This document shows positions 29,668-38,511 of a DNA stretch of 64,000 nucleotides, piece by piece (position 1 is the stretch's first letter; each line of letters opens with the position of its first letter). Origin of the DNA: a virus; the IMG/VR virus record IMGVR_UViG_3300046787_000327, positions 48,952 to 112,951 of that record; one strand, 5' to 3'. The translations under genes and the position numbers were made by a program. The notes under the pieces were generated by a model. It had not been told where the DNA came from. It saw only the letters and a program-made list of their open reading frames with translations, and searched no databases.

Positions 29668-31362
29668 ATGAATTCATTTAAGAAAATCGCCCTAGGTCTT
29701 GCTGCAGCAATGTCTTTTGGCGTAATGTCAGCACTTCCGACAAGTGCTGCTGTGAATGCACCCACTCTAACAATTGACTCAGCAACAGATGCTGTATCAA
29801 CTGGAGAGTCTGCAACTGCAGTAGTAACCTTGTCATTTGTGTCACAAACATCAGCAGATACGGCAACAATCATCTCTGCAATGTTTACACAGCCAACAGG
29901 TTCAGCAAAGTCTGCAACCTTCTCACTACTTGAGACATCTACAGCAACTGCAGCAATCGCAGGTAATCGTGTTTCAGCAGATGTTAACTCAACAGTTAAC
30001 ACACCAACATATGTAACAGCAAAGTTCTTAGTAACTTTGGATACACCAGCGGTAGCAGGTACATACGAGGCTCGTATTCTTACTACAAGCCCAATCAACG
30101 GTCCATCAGTTACATGGACTGTAACAGTTAAGGCAGCGGATCTAACACCTGCAGCCACAACTACAACATCAATTCTTAATAAGGGTGAGACAGTCTCTGC
30201 AACAGCAGATGAAGCAGTATATGCTCCAAAGGCAACTGCAACTGATGCATCAGCAGTTATTGCTGTTACACCTAAGAATGCAGCAGGTGGATCTGCAACT
30301 GAGTCAATTCTTGCAACTGTAACAGGTTCAGGACTTATCGGTTACGGAACAAACCCTGCAACAATCTCAGCACAGGGTCGTGCACTTGTAATCCCAGCAG
30401 GGAACCACATTGGTGTATTTGCTGACGGTACAGCAGGAGTATCAACAGTTACTCTTACAACTCTTGCAGGTGCAGTAATTGCAACAGAGAAGGTCACATT
30501 CTATGGCGACATTGCTTCAATCGTTGCAACCCCAGTTAAGTCTGTTATTGCAACAGGCTCAAATGTTTCAGTGGTTAAGGCAGTTGCATACGATGCATCT
30601 GGCGTAACAGTTGGGGCAGGAACACTTAATGCTTACTCAAGCGATGTCTCTGTAGTATCTGATTCAGGTACAGCAGCAACTATCGTTAATGGTGAGGCAG
30701 TATTTACACTTACTGGTGTAAAGGCTGGTGGAGTTGCTCTTACAGTTAAGTCAGGAACAGTTTCTGCAATTGCAGTTCCAGTTCGTGTAGAAGGAACACT
30801 TTCAGCAGTTAAGATTGCATTTGATAAGTCTGAGTATCTTCCAGGAGAAGCAGCAACAATTACTGTAACTCCAGTTGATGCAGCAGGACTTCCATTGTCT
30901 GCAAAGACATATGCTAATCTGTTTGCAACAGGGGGAATCACTTCATCTTACGCATTTGGATCAGGCTCAGATGTTCTAACTGGAGTTTCTGTAACAACAG
31001 ACACATCAACAGTTAAGACATTCAAGGTATTCATGCCATTGACTGAGACTGAAGTTAAGGTAACTGCAACTGGTGGAACTTCACTTCCACTTGCTGGACA
31101 GGTCGTAGTATCTGCAACAGCAAAGGTTACTAACAAGGCATCAGATGCAGCAAAGGAAGCAGCAGAGGCTGCAAAGGCTGCAACACTAGCAGCAGAAGCA
31201 GCAACAAAGGCTGCCGATGCAGCAACAGTAAAGGCTCAGGAAGCAGTAACAGCAGTTGCTACTCTTTCAGCACAGGTTGCTACATTAATCTCTTCACTTA
31301 AGAAGCAGATTACATCACTTACCGCACTGGTCATTAAGATCCAGAAGAAGGTTCGTGCATAA
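29668..31362 (+). CDS. Secreted Ala/Thr/Val-rich S-layer-like surface protein with Ig-like domains
   Basis: Sec signal peptide MNSFKKIALGLAAAMSFGV; ATV-rich beta domains; C-terminal coiled coil ending QITSLTALVIKIQKKVRA. Confidence 0.75.
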   Translation: MNSFKKIALGLAAAMSFGVMSALPTSAAVNAPTLTIDSATDAVSTGESATAVVTLSFVSQTSADTATIISAMFTQPTGSAKSATFSLLETSTATAAIAGNRVSADVNSTVNTPTYVTAKFLVTLDTPAVAGTYEARILTTSPINGPSVTWTVTVKAADLTPAATTTTSILNKGETVSATADEAVYAPKATATDASAVIAVTPKNAAGGSATESILATVTGSGLIGYGTNPATISAQGRALVIPAGNHIGVFADGTAGVSTVTLTTLAGAVIATEKVTFYGDIASIVATPVKSVIATGSNVSVVKAVAYDASGVTVGAGTLNAYSSDVSVVSDSGTAATIVNGEAVFTLTGVKAGGVALTVKSGTVSAIAVPVRVEGTLSAVKIAFDKSEYLPGEAATITVTPVDAAGLPLSAKTYANLFATGGITSSYAFGSGSDVLTGVSVTTDTSTVKTFKVFMPLTETEVKVTATGGTSLPLAGQVVVSATAKVTNKASDAAKEAAEAAKAATLAAEAATKAADAATVKAQEAVTAVATLSAQVATLISSLKKQITSLTALVIKIQKKVRA

Positions 31363-31377
31363 CTAAACCAACAACTA

Positions 31378-31410
31378 AGGGGGTTAGCCTAAGTGCTAGC
31401 CCTCTTTTTT
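31378..31410 (+). terminator. Rho-independent terminator
   Basis: AGGGGGTTAGC-6 nt loop-GCTAGCCCTCT followed by a T run. Confidence 0.85.
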
Positions 31411-31467
31411 GTGCAATAAAATGGTATAATCATCCTATCAGACATCCTGTCTGCAAGGGGGAAGGTT

Positions 31468-33645
31468 ATCAAAAGATTAGCACTAAGATCAGCATTTATA
31501 ACAGCATTTCTAGCCCTGTGGTTACTATTATTTCCACAGGATGCGGCTCACGCTGATGAGATCAGTACTGTCCAAATAACCCCGTCAGAATCAAGCACAG
31601 TAACAGTAATAGTATTAACACCAACAGCCACTATTGAGGCAGCACAGACTGCAATAACTCAGGCTGAAACTGCCACGGCAGTCATACAAACCCAAGTAGA
31701 AGCCATTACAGGACCTTTAGAGACCGTTACAGCCACTATCACACAGGCTCAGAACTCTATTACACAGGCACAAGCAGTAGTCGATAGTGCTATTGTGGCT
31801 CTCTCTCAGGTAGACGGTGCAACAGTTCTTGTTGCTGATGCCCAGGAAAATCTTATTATTGCAGAAATAGCGGTAGAGGCACAGACAGAAGTGGTAGTAG
31901 ATAAAATACAGGTGGTTGAATCAGCAACTGCCATAGTAAATGAGAACACATCCGCTGGCCTAACTATGACAGTTATCCATAATCCTGGATACAACAATGC
32001 CCCTCCACTTAATGTTGGCACAGTTGTTAGAGTAGTTACTGATACCAATGGGATCAATGAGAATTTTGATGCTAATGCAAATTTAGTAATGGCAAATGAT
32101 GACTTCAAAGTAAAATGGGAAGGTGTTTGGACACCAACTCATACTGGAACAACATATCTATACGCACCCGCTGATGATGGAGTGCAGATATATTTAGATG
32201 GACAACTTATAATTAATGACTGGTTTGACAAGGGTGGTGGAGGATCCATCGCTGGAGTCCAGACTGTTGCAGGAACAGGAAAAGATTTTACACTCTGGTA
32301 CTATGAAAATGGTGGCGGTGCAAATGTTGTTTTAATGAAAAATACTGGAAACGGATGGTATGTAATTCCAGGATCTGAATTCAGCACATCTAGTGCTTCA
32401 CCAGAACAAATAGAAACACTTCAAACAGCACAAACAAATCTTCAAATTGCACAAGCAACACTTGACATTCTTGAGGCAGACCTTACAGCAGCAGAAGAAG
32501 ATTTAATTGAGGCAGAAGAAAACTTACAAGATGCTCAGGAAGATGTAAATGTTGCAATGGAAGCAGTAGGCAATGCAATCTCTACTATGAATGCAAGTGT
32601 GACAGAAGCACAAAGTTTAGTTATGCAAACATTACAAGCAGAAGAAGCAGAAAGAGCAAGAATTGCTGAAGAAGCCAGACAAGCAGAGTTAGCAAGACAA
32701 GCAGCAATCGCTGCAGAAAATGCAAGAATAGCAGCACAACAAGCATACGAAGCAGAGCAGTCTAGAATAGCAGCAGAAGCAGCAAGAGTTAAGGCAGAAG
32801 CAGAAGCGAAGGCAGCAGCAGAGGCTGCAGCAAAAGCAGAGGCAGATAGAATTGCTGCTGAGGAAGCAGCCAAGAAAGCAGAGGCTGATCGTATAGCAGC
32901 AGAGGAAGCAGCAGCAAAAGCCAAAGCAGAAGCAGAAAAAGCAGAAGCAGACAAGAAGGAAGCAGAATTAAAAGCAGCAAAAGCAGCAGAAGAAAAGGCT
33001 AAGGCAGAGGCAGATGCTAAGTTAAAAGCAGAAGAGGATGCAAAGAAGTTAGCAGAACAAAAGGCTGCAGAAGAGGCTAAGGCAAAGGCTGAAGAGGACA
33101 AAGCAAAGGCAGAGGCAGAGGCTAAGAAGGCAGAACAAGACAAACTAGATAAGTTAGCAGAAGAAGCCAAAAAAGGAAAAGAATTATCTACTGAAGAAAA
33201 AGCGGTAGTTGTAGAAGCATTGGTAGCAGATTTAAAGCCAGGAGAATCTATCTCAGCAGCACAGGTAGTTGCATCTGGAGTTTCTTATGCAGACCTACCA
33301 CCAGAGACACCCATTGAAGTAAGAACATCTGAGTCTGGTGAAGTTCTAGTTATTACAGCAGAAGTAGCAGCAAATGTTGAACTGGTTCAAGATCCAGGAG
33401 CATTGCTAGAAGCAGCATTTACAGACCCTGGAGCAGCCTTAGCAGCACTAGGAAGTATTGGGGCAGACATGACCCCAGGAGAAAGAGAAGAGGCAACCAA
33501 CATGGTTGTAGCAACAGTAGTTGCCACAGGAGCAGCCCTTAATGCTGTAGGTTTGGCTACTGGAGGATCAGCACCCGCTGCTCCATCTGGTGGATCAACA
33601 AGTGGGGCAAATTCAGGTGGTTCAAGGAGGAATGAAAGATGGTAA
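31468..33645 (+). CDS. Secreted PA14-domain protein with a TolA-like Ala/Glu/Lys coiled coil; probable ATC start
   Basis: PA14 motifs (F-x-V-x-W-x-G, ADDGVQIYLDG, YYENGGG); AEAEAK repeats. Frame is open from 31420 with a signal peptide starting at ATC 31468; C-terminal hydrophobic segment. Confidence 0.8.
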   Translation: MKRLALRSAFITAFLALWLLLFPQDAAHADEISTVQITPSESSTVTVIVLTPTATIEAAQTAITQAETATAVIQTQVEAITGPLETVTATITQAQNSITQAQAVVDSAIVALSQVDGATVLVADAQENLIIAEIAVEAQTEVVVDKIQVVESATAIVNENTSAGLTMTVIHNPGYNNAPPLNVGTVVRVVTDTNGINENFDANANLVMANDDFKVKWEGVWTPTHTGTTYLYAPADDGVQIYLDGQLIINDWFDKGGGGSIAGVQTVAGTGKDFTLWYYENGGGANVVLMKNTGNGWYVIPGSEFSTSSASPEQIETLQTAQTNLQIAQATLDILEADLTAAEEDLIEAEENLQDAQEDVNVAMEAVGNAISTMNASVTEAQSLVMQTLQAEEAERARIAEEARQAELARQAAIAAENARIAAQQAYEAEQSRIAAEAARVKAEAEAKAAAEAAAKAEADRIAAEEAAKKAEADRIAAEEAAAKAKAEAEKAEADKKEAELKAAKAAEEKAKAEADAKLKAEEDAKKLAEQKAAEEAKAKAEEDKAKAEAEAKKAEQDKLDKLAEEAKKGKELSTEEKAVVVEALVADLKPGESISAAQVVASGVSYADLPPETPIEVRTSESGEVLVITAEVAANVELVQDPGALLEAAFTDPGAALAALGSIGADMTPGEREEATNMVVATVVATGAALNAVGLATGGSAPAAPSGGSTSGANSGGSRRNERW

Positions 33646-33809
33646 AACTAATTAAGGATATTCTTGATCAGCAATGGACTCTCCTAGGCATGTTTATCGC
33701 TTGGGTTGTTTTGGACGGTAGTGCAAAAACAGTTGTTGGTTATGGAATTATTATAACAATGATCACATGGATACTTAGTTATCCAATTAGAAATAGAGAG
33801 GAGGACTAA
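33639..33809 (+). CDS. Small two-TM membrane protein (not in ORF track)
   Basis: 56 aa MVKLIKDILDQQWTLLGMFIAWVVLDGSAK...; AGGAGG SD. Confidence 0.7.
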   Translation: MVKLIKDILDQQWTLLGMFIAWVVLDGSAKTVVGYGIIITMITWILSYPIRNREED

Positions 33810-33811
33810 AT

Positions 33812-34111
33812 ATGAATAGTATCACAAACATTTGGAACATCCTTATGCGTATCGTTGCAGTATTTGCAGCAAACGCACTTGCAGTAATTGGAGCAGGAGC
33901 AATCGCAGGTATCTCAGTAGCAAAGGCTATGACGGTTGCTGGACTTAGTGCAGTAGCAGTTGTAGTTGAGAAGTTGGCTCGTGCATTTATGGATGACGGA
34001 AAACTTACAAGAGACGAGATTAACGCAGCATTTTCTACCACAGATAAAAATGCAATAACGATACAAGATGTTGCAGTTGAAAAGCGCAGAGCACGATCAA
34101 AGGCAGCATAA
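33812..34111 (+). CDS. Membrane protein (holin-like), EF-hand-like DDGKLTRDE
   Basis: Two hydrophobic helices; GAGGAGG SD. Confidence 0.6.
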   Translation: MNSITNIWNILMRIVAVFAANALAVIGAGAIAGISVAKAMTVAGLSAVAVVVEKLARAFMDDGKLTRDEINAAFSTTDKNAITIQDVAVEKRRARSKAA

Positions 34112-34133
34112 TTAAGCATTAAAACACGCTTAC

Positions 34134-34185
34134 TTGACAGCCCCTTCTAGAACTGGTATACTTGATATATCGCACCTAGAAGGGG
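34134..34185 (+). promoter_or_regulatory. SigA promoter overlapped by a 10-bp inverted repeat covering the SD
   Basis: TTGACA(34134)-17-TATACT(34157); CCCCTTCTAG(34141)/CTAGAAGGGG(34176). Confidence 0.7.
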
Positions 34186-34192
34186 TTCTTGC

Positions 34193-34723
34193 ATGACTTG
34201 TATTGCTGTAGTTCGTGATGAATTAAATAATAAGATCTATATGGCTGGTGATCGTGGTGCTTCAGATAGTAGTACTATTCTATCATTAACTGCCCCAAAA
34301 GTTTGGAAACTTGGACCATACTTACTAGGATATGCTGGGTCAATGGACGGAGAGCGTCTTCGCTATAACTTTAATCCGTATGTGCCAGACATCAAGGACA
34401 CAGATAAGTTTATGCAAACTAAATTTATTAAACAACTACGCCAATTTTATAATGACTGGTGGGTCGATACAAGTAAGGACTCAGATTTTGGACTAATTGT
34501 TGCAATTCGTGGTGAGATATACGAGCACAGTTCTGCAGATATGTCTTTATCTAAATATACTTTGCCATTCTTAGCAATGGGTTCTGGATCAGATTTTGCT
34601 ATGGGACACCTTGATGCAACTCAAAAAGTTAAAGATCATCGCAAGCGTGTTGTTGGAGCAGTAAATTCAGCAATTAAATTTTCTCCAAGTTGTCAAGGTC
34701 CAGTTGACGTAGTAAGCATTTAA
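34193..34723 (+). CDS. HslV/proteasome-beta-like Ntn threonine protease
   Basis: N-terminal M-T-C-I, AGD, conserved Lys, GYAGS and AMGSG motifs. Confidence 0.8.
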   Translation: MTCIAVVRDELNNKIYMAGDRGASDSSTILSLTAPKVWKLGPYLLGYAGSMDGERLRYNFNPYVPDIKDTDKFMQTKFIKQLRQFYNDWWVDTSKDSDFGLIVAIRGEIYEHSSADMSLSKYTLPFLAMGSGSDFAMGHLDATQKVKDHRKRVVGAVNSAIKFSPSCQGPVDVVSI

Positions 34724-34738
34724 GGGTATACTTATAAT

Positions 34739-34933
34739 ATGAACGAAGAGTTATCAATAGAAGAACAAGAGTTTGGTATTTGGATTACCAACGGTATTGA
34801 GCGGGGATGGATCACAGAACCGTATTGTGATACTCATGATGGTGGATACCAGTACATGAGTGAAGAAGAGATTGAAGAGTGGGACCAAGGTGGCGACCCA
34901 TGTTGTCATGTCGTAAGACTGATGATTTCGTAA
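34739..34933 (+). CDS. Hypothetical acidic Cys/His protein
   Basis: CDTHDG...DPCCH; TATACT immediately upstream (leaderless). Confidence 0.6.
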   Translation: MNEELSIEEQEFGIWITNGIERGWITEPYCDTHDGGYQYMSEEEIEEWDQGGDPCCHVVRLMIS

Positions 34934-34948
34934 TAGAAAAGGAATAAA

Positions 34949-35905
34949 ATGAAGAAGACTATCCTAGCAGTACTATCAGCAGCAATGTTGTTTTCAGTGG
35001 CAAGTCCAGCACAAGCAGAAGATCAGAAAGTTTTAGCGATCATTGATACTGCTATTAATTCTGACAACTTCCCATCAGTAATCTATGAGGCATGCTTTAC
35101 TGCTTCTAAGCCAAGCGGTTGTTCAAATGGCAATCTTTTTATGGAGGGCAAGGGAGCAGGAAAGTCGCCAGTTCCAGCATCACTTAACAGTACTACCTAT
35201 CACGGAGACAGTATGGTCAAGGCAGCACTTGCATCAAACCCTAACCTAAAAATTGTTTTTGTAAGAGTTTCAGATGTTTCTGCTAATGGCAATGGAGCAA
35301 TTTTTGCTAAGTCTCTTATTTCTGCAATTGAGTGGGTATCAAATAATGCTGATAAGCATAGCATTGATGCGGTCTCTATTAGTCTGTCTGGTGTAAGTAA
35401 CTCTGTGGATGTAGCAAATGCATCAGTTAAGGCAACTGCATTTTCACCTAATTGCACCAATACCAATGTTATTAATGCTGTTTCATCACTATCATCAAAG
35501 AATGTACCAACCTTCGCTGCAACAGGCAACAACGGGTCTAAGACTGTTATTGGTTTCCCAGCATGTATTCCAGGTGTAATTGGAGTCGGTGCACTATCAA
35601 ATCAAACAGATGGAGCAGACAAGTTAGGTGAGACAGCAACCAATAGAGGCCCAGGTCTAGATGTTGTTTCTAACGGCGCAATTAATATCACAAAGTATAA
35701 TGGTTCACCTATGACCCTTAGTGGTTCATCAGGAGCAAATGTTGTTACGGCATCTACATACCTTAACAAGAATACATATGCTACTTTTGCTGAGTATGTA
35801 GAAAAACTCTCAAAGGTGTCAGTTAAGTTCCTTGACTACAAGGATCCAAAGACGAATGCATTTGTTTGGGAGCCAGTACGCCTTCTACCAATTAGTTCTA
35901 ACTAA
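34949..35905 (+). CDS. Secreted subtilisin-like (S8) peptidase
   Basis: Signal peptide; AIIDTA, HG, AATGN, FPAC, SGSS motifs in S8 order. Confidence 0.8.
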   Translation: MKKTILAVLSAAMLFSVASPAQAEDQKVLAIIDTAINSDNFPSVIYEACFTASKPSGCSNGNLFMEGKGAGKSPVPASLNSTTYHGDSMVKAALASNPNLKIVFVRVSDVSANGNGAIFAKSLISAIEWVSNNADKHSIDAVSISLSGVSNSVDVANASVKATAFSPNCTNTNVINAVSSLSSKNVPTFAATGNNGSKTVIGFPACIPGVIGVGALSNQTDGADKLGETATNRGPGLDVVSNGAINITKYNGSPMTLSGSSGANVVTASTYLNKNTYATFAEYVEKLSKVSVKFLDYKDPKTNAFVWEPVRLLPISSN

Positions 35906-35910
35906 TAAAA

Positions 35911-35937
35911 AGTCCTGGGCATGACTATAAACTGCCT
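35911..35937 (+). ncRNA. H-type pseudoknot motif, copy 1
   Basis: AGTC-CTGGGCAT-GACT-ATAAAC-TGCCT. Confidence 0.65.
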
Positions 35938-36493
35938 ACTTTAATCTTAAGAATGTTGTCATTGAATACCTTGTTCCATCGTATACTTCCTTGACTCCAT
36001 GGCGATACGCTTCATGTGCAGGGTGCAAAACTAAACTGTAGGCTTCTGGCTTAAACTCTAAGCCGATGTTAGGATAGAATATTTCTCCACCTTGGTAGTC
36101 ACCATTCAAGTAAAGAACAACTCCGTATTTGAACTTGGGGCCAAGACCAGAATCACTATGTGTTTTCATTAGTTGTCCTTTAGATGCCCTGTAAATGCCA
36201 CTGAACCCAGTGTATTCATAGATATCTTTGTTAAGTATTTTATTAATTTCTTTTTGAATTTTAACAAATAGATCATTAACAAGTTTTTGTTTTTCTGTAT
36301 CAAATCCTTCACACTGATCCAAAAGAAGGATTCTATCTTCCCACTCATTGTGTTCATCTCTATCTGTATTATTATACTTTGCCCACTCTTCTCTAGTAGC
36401 ACTTTTTGCTAGACCTGCCAAAGATAAGGCATCGTTAGGTGTTATAAAATTTTTTATTACAAAAATGTTAGGATCAGGATTTGTTATTATCAT
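35936..36493 (-). CDS. 2OG-Fe(II) oxygenase (prolyl-hydroxylase-like)
   Basis: HSD...VLYLNGDYQGGE...HGVKEV..GTRY; likely leaderless start at 36493. Confidence 0.88.
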   Translation of the reverse strand: MIITNPDPNIFVIKNFITPNDALSLAGLAKSATREEWAKYNNTDRDEHNEWEDRILLLDQCEGFDTEKQKLVNDLFVKIQKEINKILNKDIYEYTGFSGIYRASKGQLMKTHSDSGLGPKFKYGVVLYLNGDYQGGEIFYPNIGLEFKPEAYSLVLHPAHEAYRHGVKEVYDGTRYSMTTFLRLK

Positions 36494-36522
36494 ACATATA
36501 GTATACACTGCCAAGTCACTAG

Positions 36523-36551
36523 TTGACAGGTATTATGCCATATGCTATAAT
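36523..36551 (+). promoter_or_regulatory. Consensus SigA promoter for the endolysin operon
   Basis: TTGACA-17-TATAAT with TG extension; AAGGAGG SD downstream. Confidence 0.8.
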
Positions 36552-36579
36552 TAACTAGAACTCAAAGGAGGCCATAACC

Positions 36580-37359
36580 ATGGCGGTAAAAGGATCAGTA
36601 GAAGCAATCATTGAGGTTGCCAAGAAAGAAGTTGGAACCATTGAAGGTCCAAAAGATAATGAAACTAAGTACGGAGCATGGATGAAGGTTAACTTCCAGC
36701 CATGGTGCCAGTCCTTTGTTTCTTGGTGTGCATCACAGGCTGGTGTAGCAAAGTTTCCAAAGTCTGCTTCAACAGTAGCAGCATCAGATCAGTTTAAGAA
36801 GGAGGGTCGTTGGGCAGATGCTCGTAATGACGATCCAACTCCAGGAGACTGGATTTATTTTGATTTCCCAGATGATGGTGTAAATCGTATTTCACACGTA
36901 GGTCTTTGCATCAAGAACAATGGTGATGGCACTATTCAAGTTATTGAAGGAAACACTTCAGGAACTGCTAAGGGAGACCAGCGAAATGGCGGAATGTGTG
37001 TAGAGAAGACTCGTGCATATGTAAAGAACAAGAAGGGCATTCTTAATGCTGTTGTAGGTTGGGGTCGTCCAGTCTATGCAGGAGAAGAAAATGCTCCGTT
37101 GCTTTCTAAGGCTACAACTGTTGCAGAAGCAAAGCCTGCATCAAAGACAGTAGCAAAGAAGTCTGCTGCATTTAAGCCACTTAAGAATGGCTCTAAGGGC
37201 ACTGGTGTAAAGACTATTCAGACACTTCTTGGCATTAAGGCTGATGGATCATTTGGTCCAGGCACTGCAAAGGCTGTTCAAGACTTCCAAAAGAAGGCGG
37301 GACTGCCAACAACAGGTATTGTTGATCAGGCTACGCTAAAGGCATTGAAGGCAAAGTAA
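36580..37359 (+). CDS. Endolysin: CHAP domain + peptidoglycan-binding domain
   Basis: PWCQSFVSW, SHVGL, IEGNT; C-terminal GSKG..VKTIQ..DGSFGPGT..AVQDFQ. Confidence 0.9.
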   Translation: MAVKGSVEAIIEVAKKEVGTIEGPKDNETKYGAWMKVNFQPWCQSFVSWCASQAGVAKFPKSASTVAASDQFKKEGRWADARNDDPTPGDWIYFDFPDDGVNRISHVGLCIKNNGDGTIQVIEGNTSGTAKGDQRNGGMCVEKTRAYVKNKKGILNAVVGWGRPVYAGEENAPLLSKATTVAEAKPASKTVAKKSAAFKPLKNGSKGTGVKTIQTLLGIKADGSFGPGTAKAVQDFQKKAGLPTTGIVDQATLKALKAK

Positions 37360-37559
37360 TGGAATCAACTAAGAGAACATTATTAAAGACAGCAAGTTGG
37401 GAAACTTTTCACCTTGTTGGTGTTGCTGGAGTAATTTATTTGTTTACTGGTGAATGGGAGTATGCAAGTCTTGGTGCTCTTTTGTATATTGGCTGGGAAG
37501 CAATCGGATACTTTCTTCATGAAAGAGTCTGGGCAAAGTTTGGGCATAAGGTGAAGTAA
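37359..37559 (+). CDS. DUF2061-like small membrane protein
   Basis: RTLLKTASW...YFLHERVW. Confidence 0.75.
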   Translation: MESTKRTLLKTASWETFHLVGVAGVIYLFTGEWEYASLGALLYIGWEAIGYFLHERVWAKFGHKVK

Positions 37560-38398
37560 TGATTGATATCAGCCCAGTAGATTTTATATCTATACCAGAG
37601 ATCAAAGATAACCCTGACAAATACAAGGAAATCTACTTTAGAGATAAGATTATTGTATTTCGCAATGCTAATCTAAATGAAGAGCAGCAGTCAGAATTGA
37701 TGATCTTTTTTGGTGATCTATTGGGCTGGTACCCAAACTCAGAAAAGCCTACGATACTTAATTATAAGGAAGACCACCATAGACAAATGGTCAATGGAAT
37801 TGATATTCCTAAAGATCAACTTATGTTGTCTTGGCATGTAGAGCATGTTGAAAACGAAGAAGATCCTCACTGTGGGGCAACCTGGAGAATGGAAAAGTTT
37901 GAATGCGATGAAGACTCTGGTCATACATATTTTGTTGATATGACAAATATGTATAATCTTTTACAAAAAGATGAGCAAGACTTTCTATCAAAGTGTGAGG
38001 TAAGAGTTGAGACTACTGTTCGTAGAGATGAAAATGAAGAAGTAAAAGAGTTTGAGATCATAAGAAACTTTAACTGTATTAGTCTTCATCCAGTAACTGG
38101 AGAAAAAACTGTGCGATTGTCATTATTTTCAGAGCACGGACTACTAAATAGTTTAAACAAGTTTGATGGTCGTGATCCTAGCAAAGAAGAAAATGATAAG
38201 TTTGTTAGAATTTATAAATGGATCATTGACCAGGTTTGGTACAACGAAGATATTCGCATGGTGTTACGATGGAAGCAAGGAGATCTTGCTGTACCAGACT
38301 TATACAAACTTGCACACTCAGTAAGTGGTGGTTTTACAAAAAATCAGAGGACGCTGCGTGGGCAATTTGGAAAATTAAAGCCTTGGAGAGGAGAATAA
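37559..38398 (+). CDS. TauD/TfdA-family dioxygenase
   Basis: IIVFRN, WHVE, HPVTGEK, WKQGDL...H...R. Confidence 0.8.
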   Translation: MIDISPVDFISIPEIKDNPDKYKEIYFRDKIIVFRNANLNEEQQSELMIFFGDLLGWYPNSEKPTILNYKEDHHRQMVNGIDIPKDQLMLSWHVEHVENEEDPHCGATWRMEKFECDEDSGHTYFVDMTNMYNLLQKDEQDFLSKCEVRVETTVRRDENEEVKEFEIIRNFNCISLHPVTGEKTVRLSLFSEHGLLNSLNKFDGRDPSKEENDKFVRIYKWIIDQVWYNEDIRMVLRWKQGDLAVPDLYKLAHSVSGGFTKNQRTLRGQFGKLKPWRGE

Positions 38399-38399
38399 G

Positions 38400-38510
38400 A
38401 TGCGTATTAAAATTATTAAATTAGTTATAAATTTTTTAGGTTATGAAATGGGGAGACAATTTCCTAACTCACCAGTATGGATGATTAAAGAAAAGAAAAA
38501 GGTTAAGTAA
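38400..38510 (+). CDS. Small hypothetical protein (not in ORF track)
   Basis: 36 aa after a GAGGAG SD; fills the gap exactly. Confidence 0.45.
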   Translation: MRIKIIKLVINFLGYEMGRQFPNSPVWMIKEKKKVK

Positions 38511-38511
38511 T

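Noticed and set aside
409-33170. Many minus-strand ORFs in the track (e.g. 3583-4203, 29640-30158, 32535-33170)
   Set aside because: Antisense shadows of long, codon-biased plus-strand genes; no SD or recognisable motifs.
32640-33180. Tandem DNA repeat or VNTR
   Set aside because: Explained by Ala/Glu/Lys coiled-coil coding with varying synonymous codons.
35911-35937. Pseudoknot motif as a preQ1-I riboswitch or simple terminator
   Set aside because: The loop sequence does not match preQ1-I as I recall it, no queuosine genes are adjacent, and there is no consistent U-tract after the copies.
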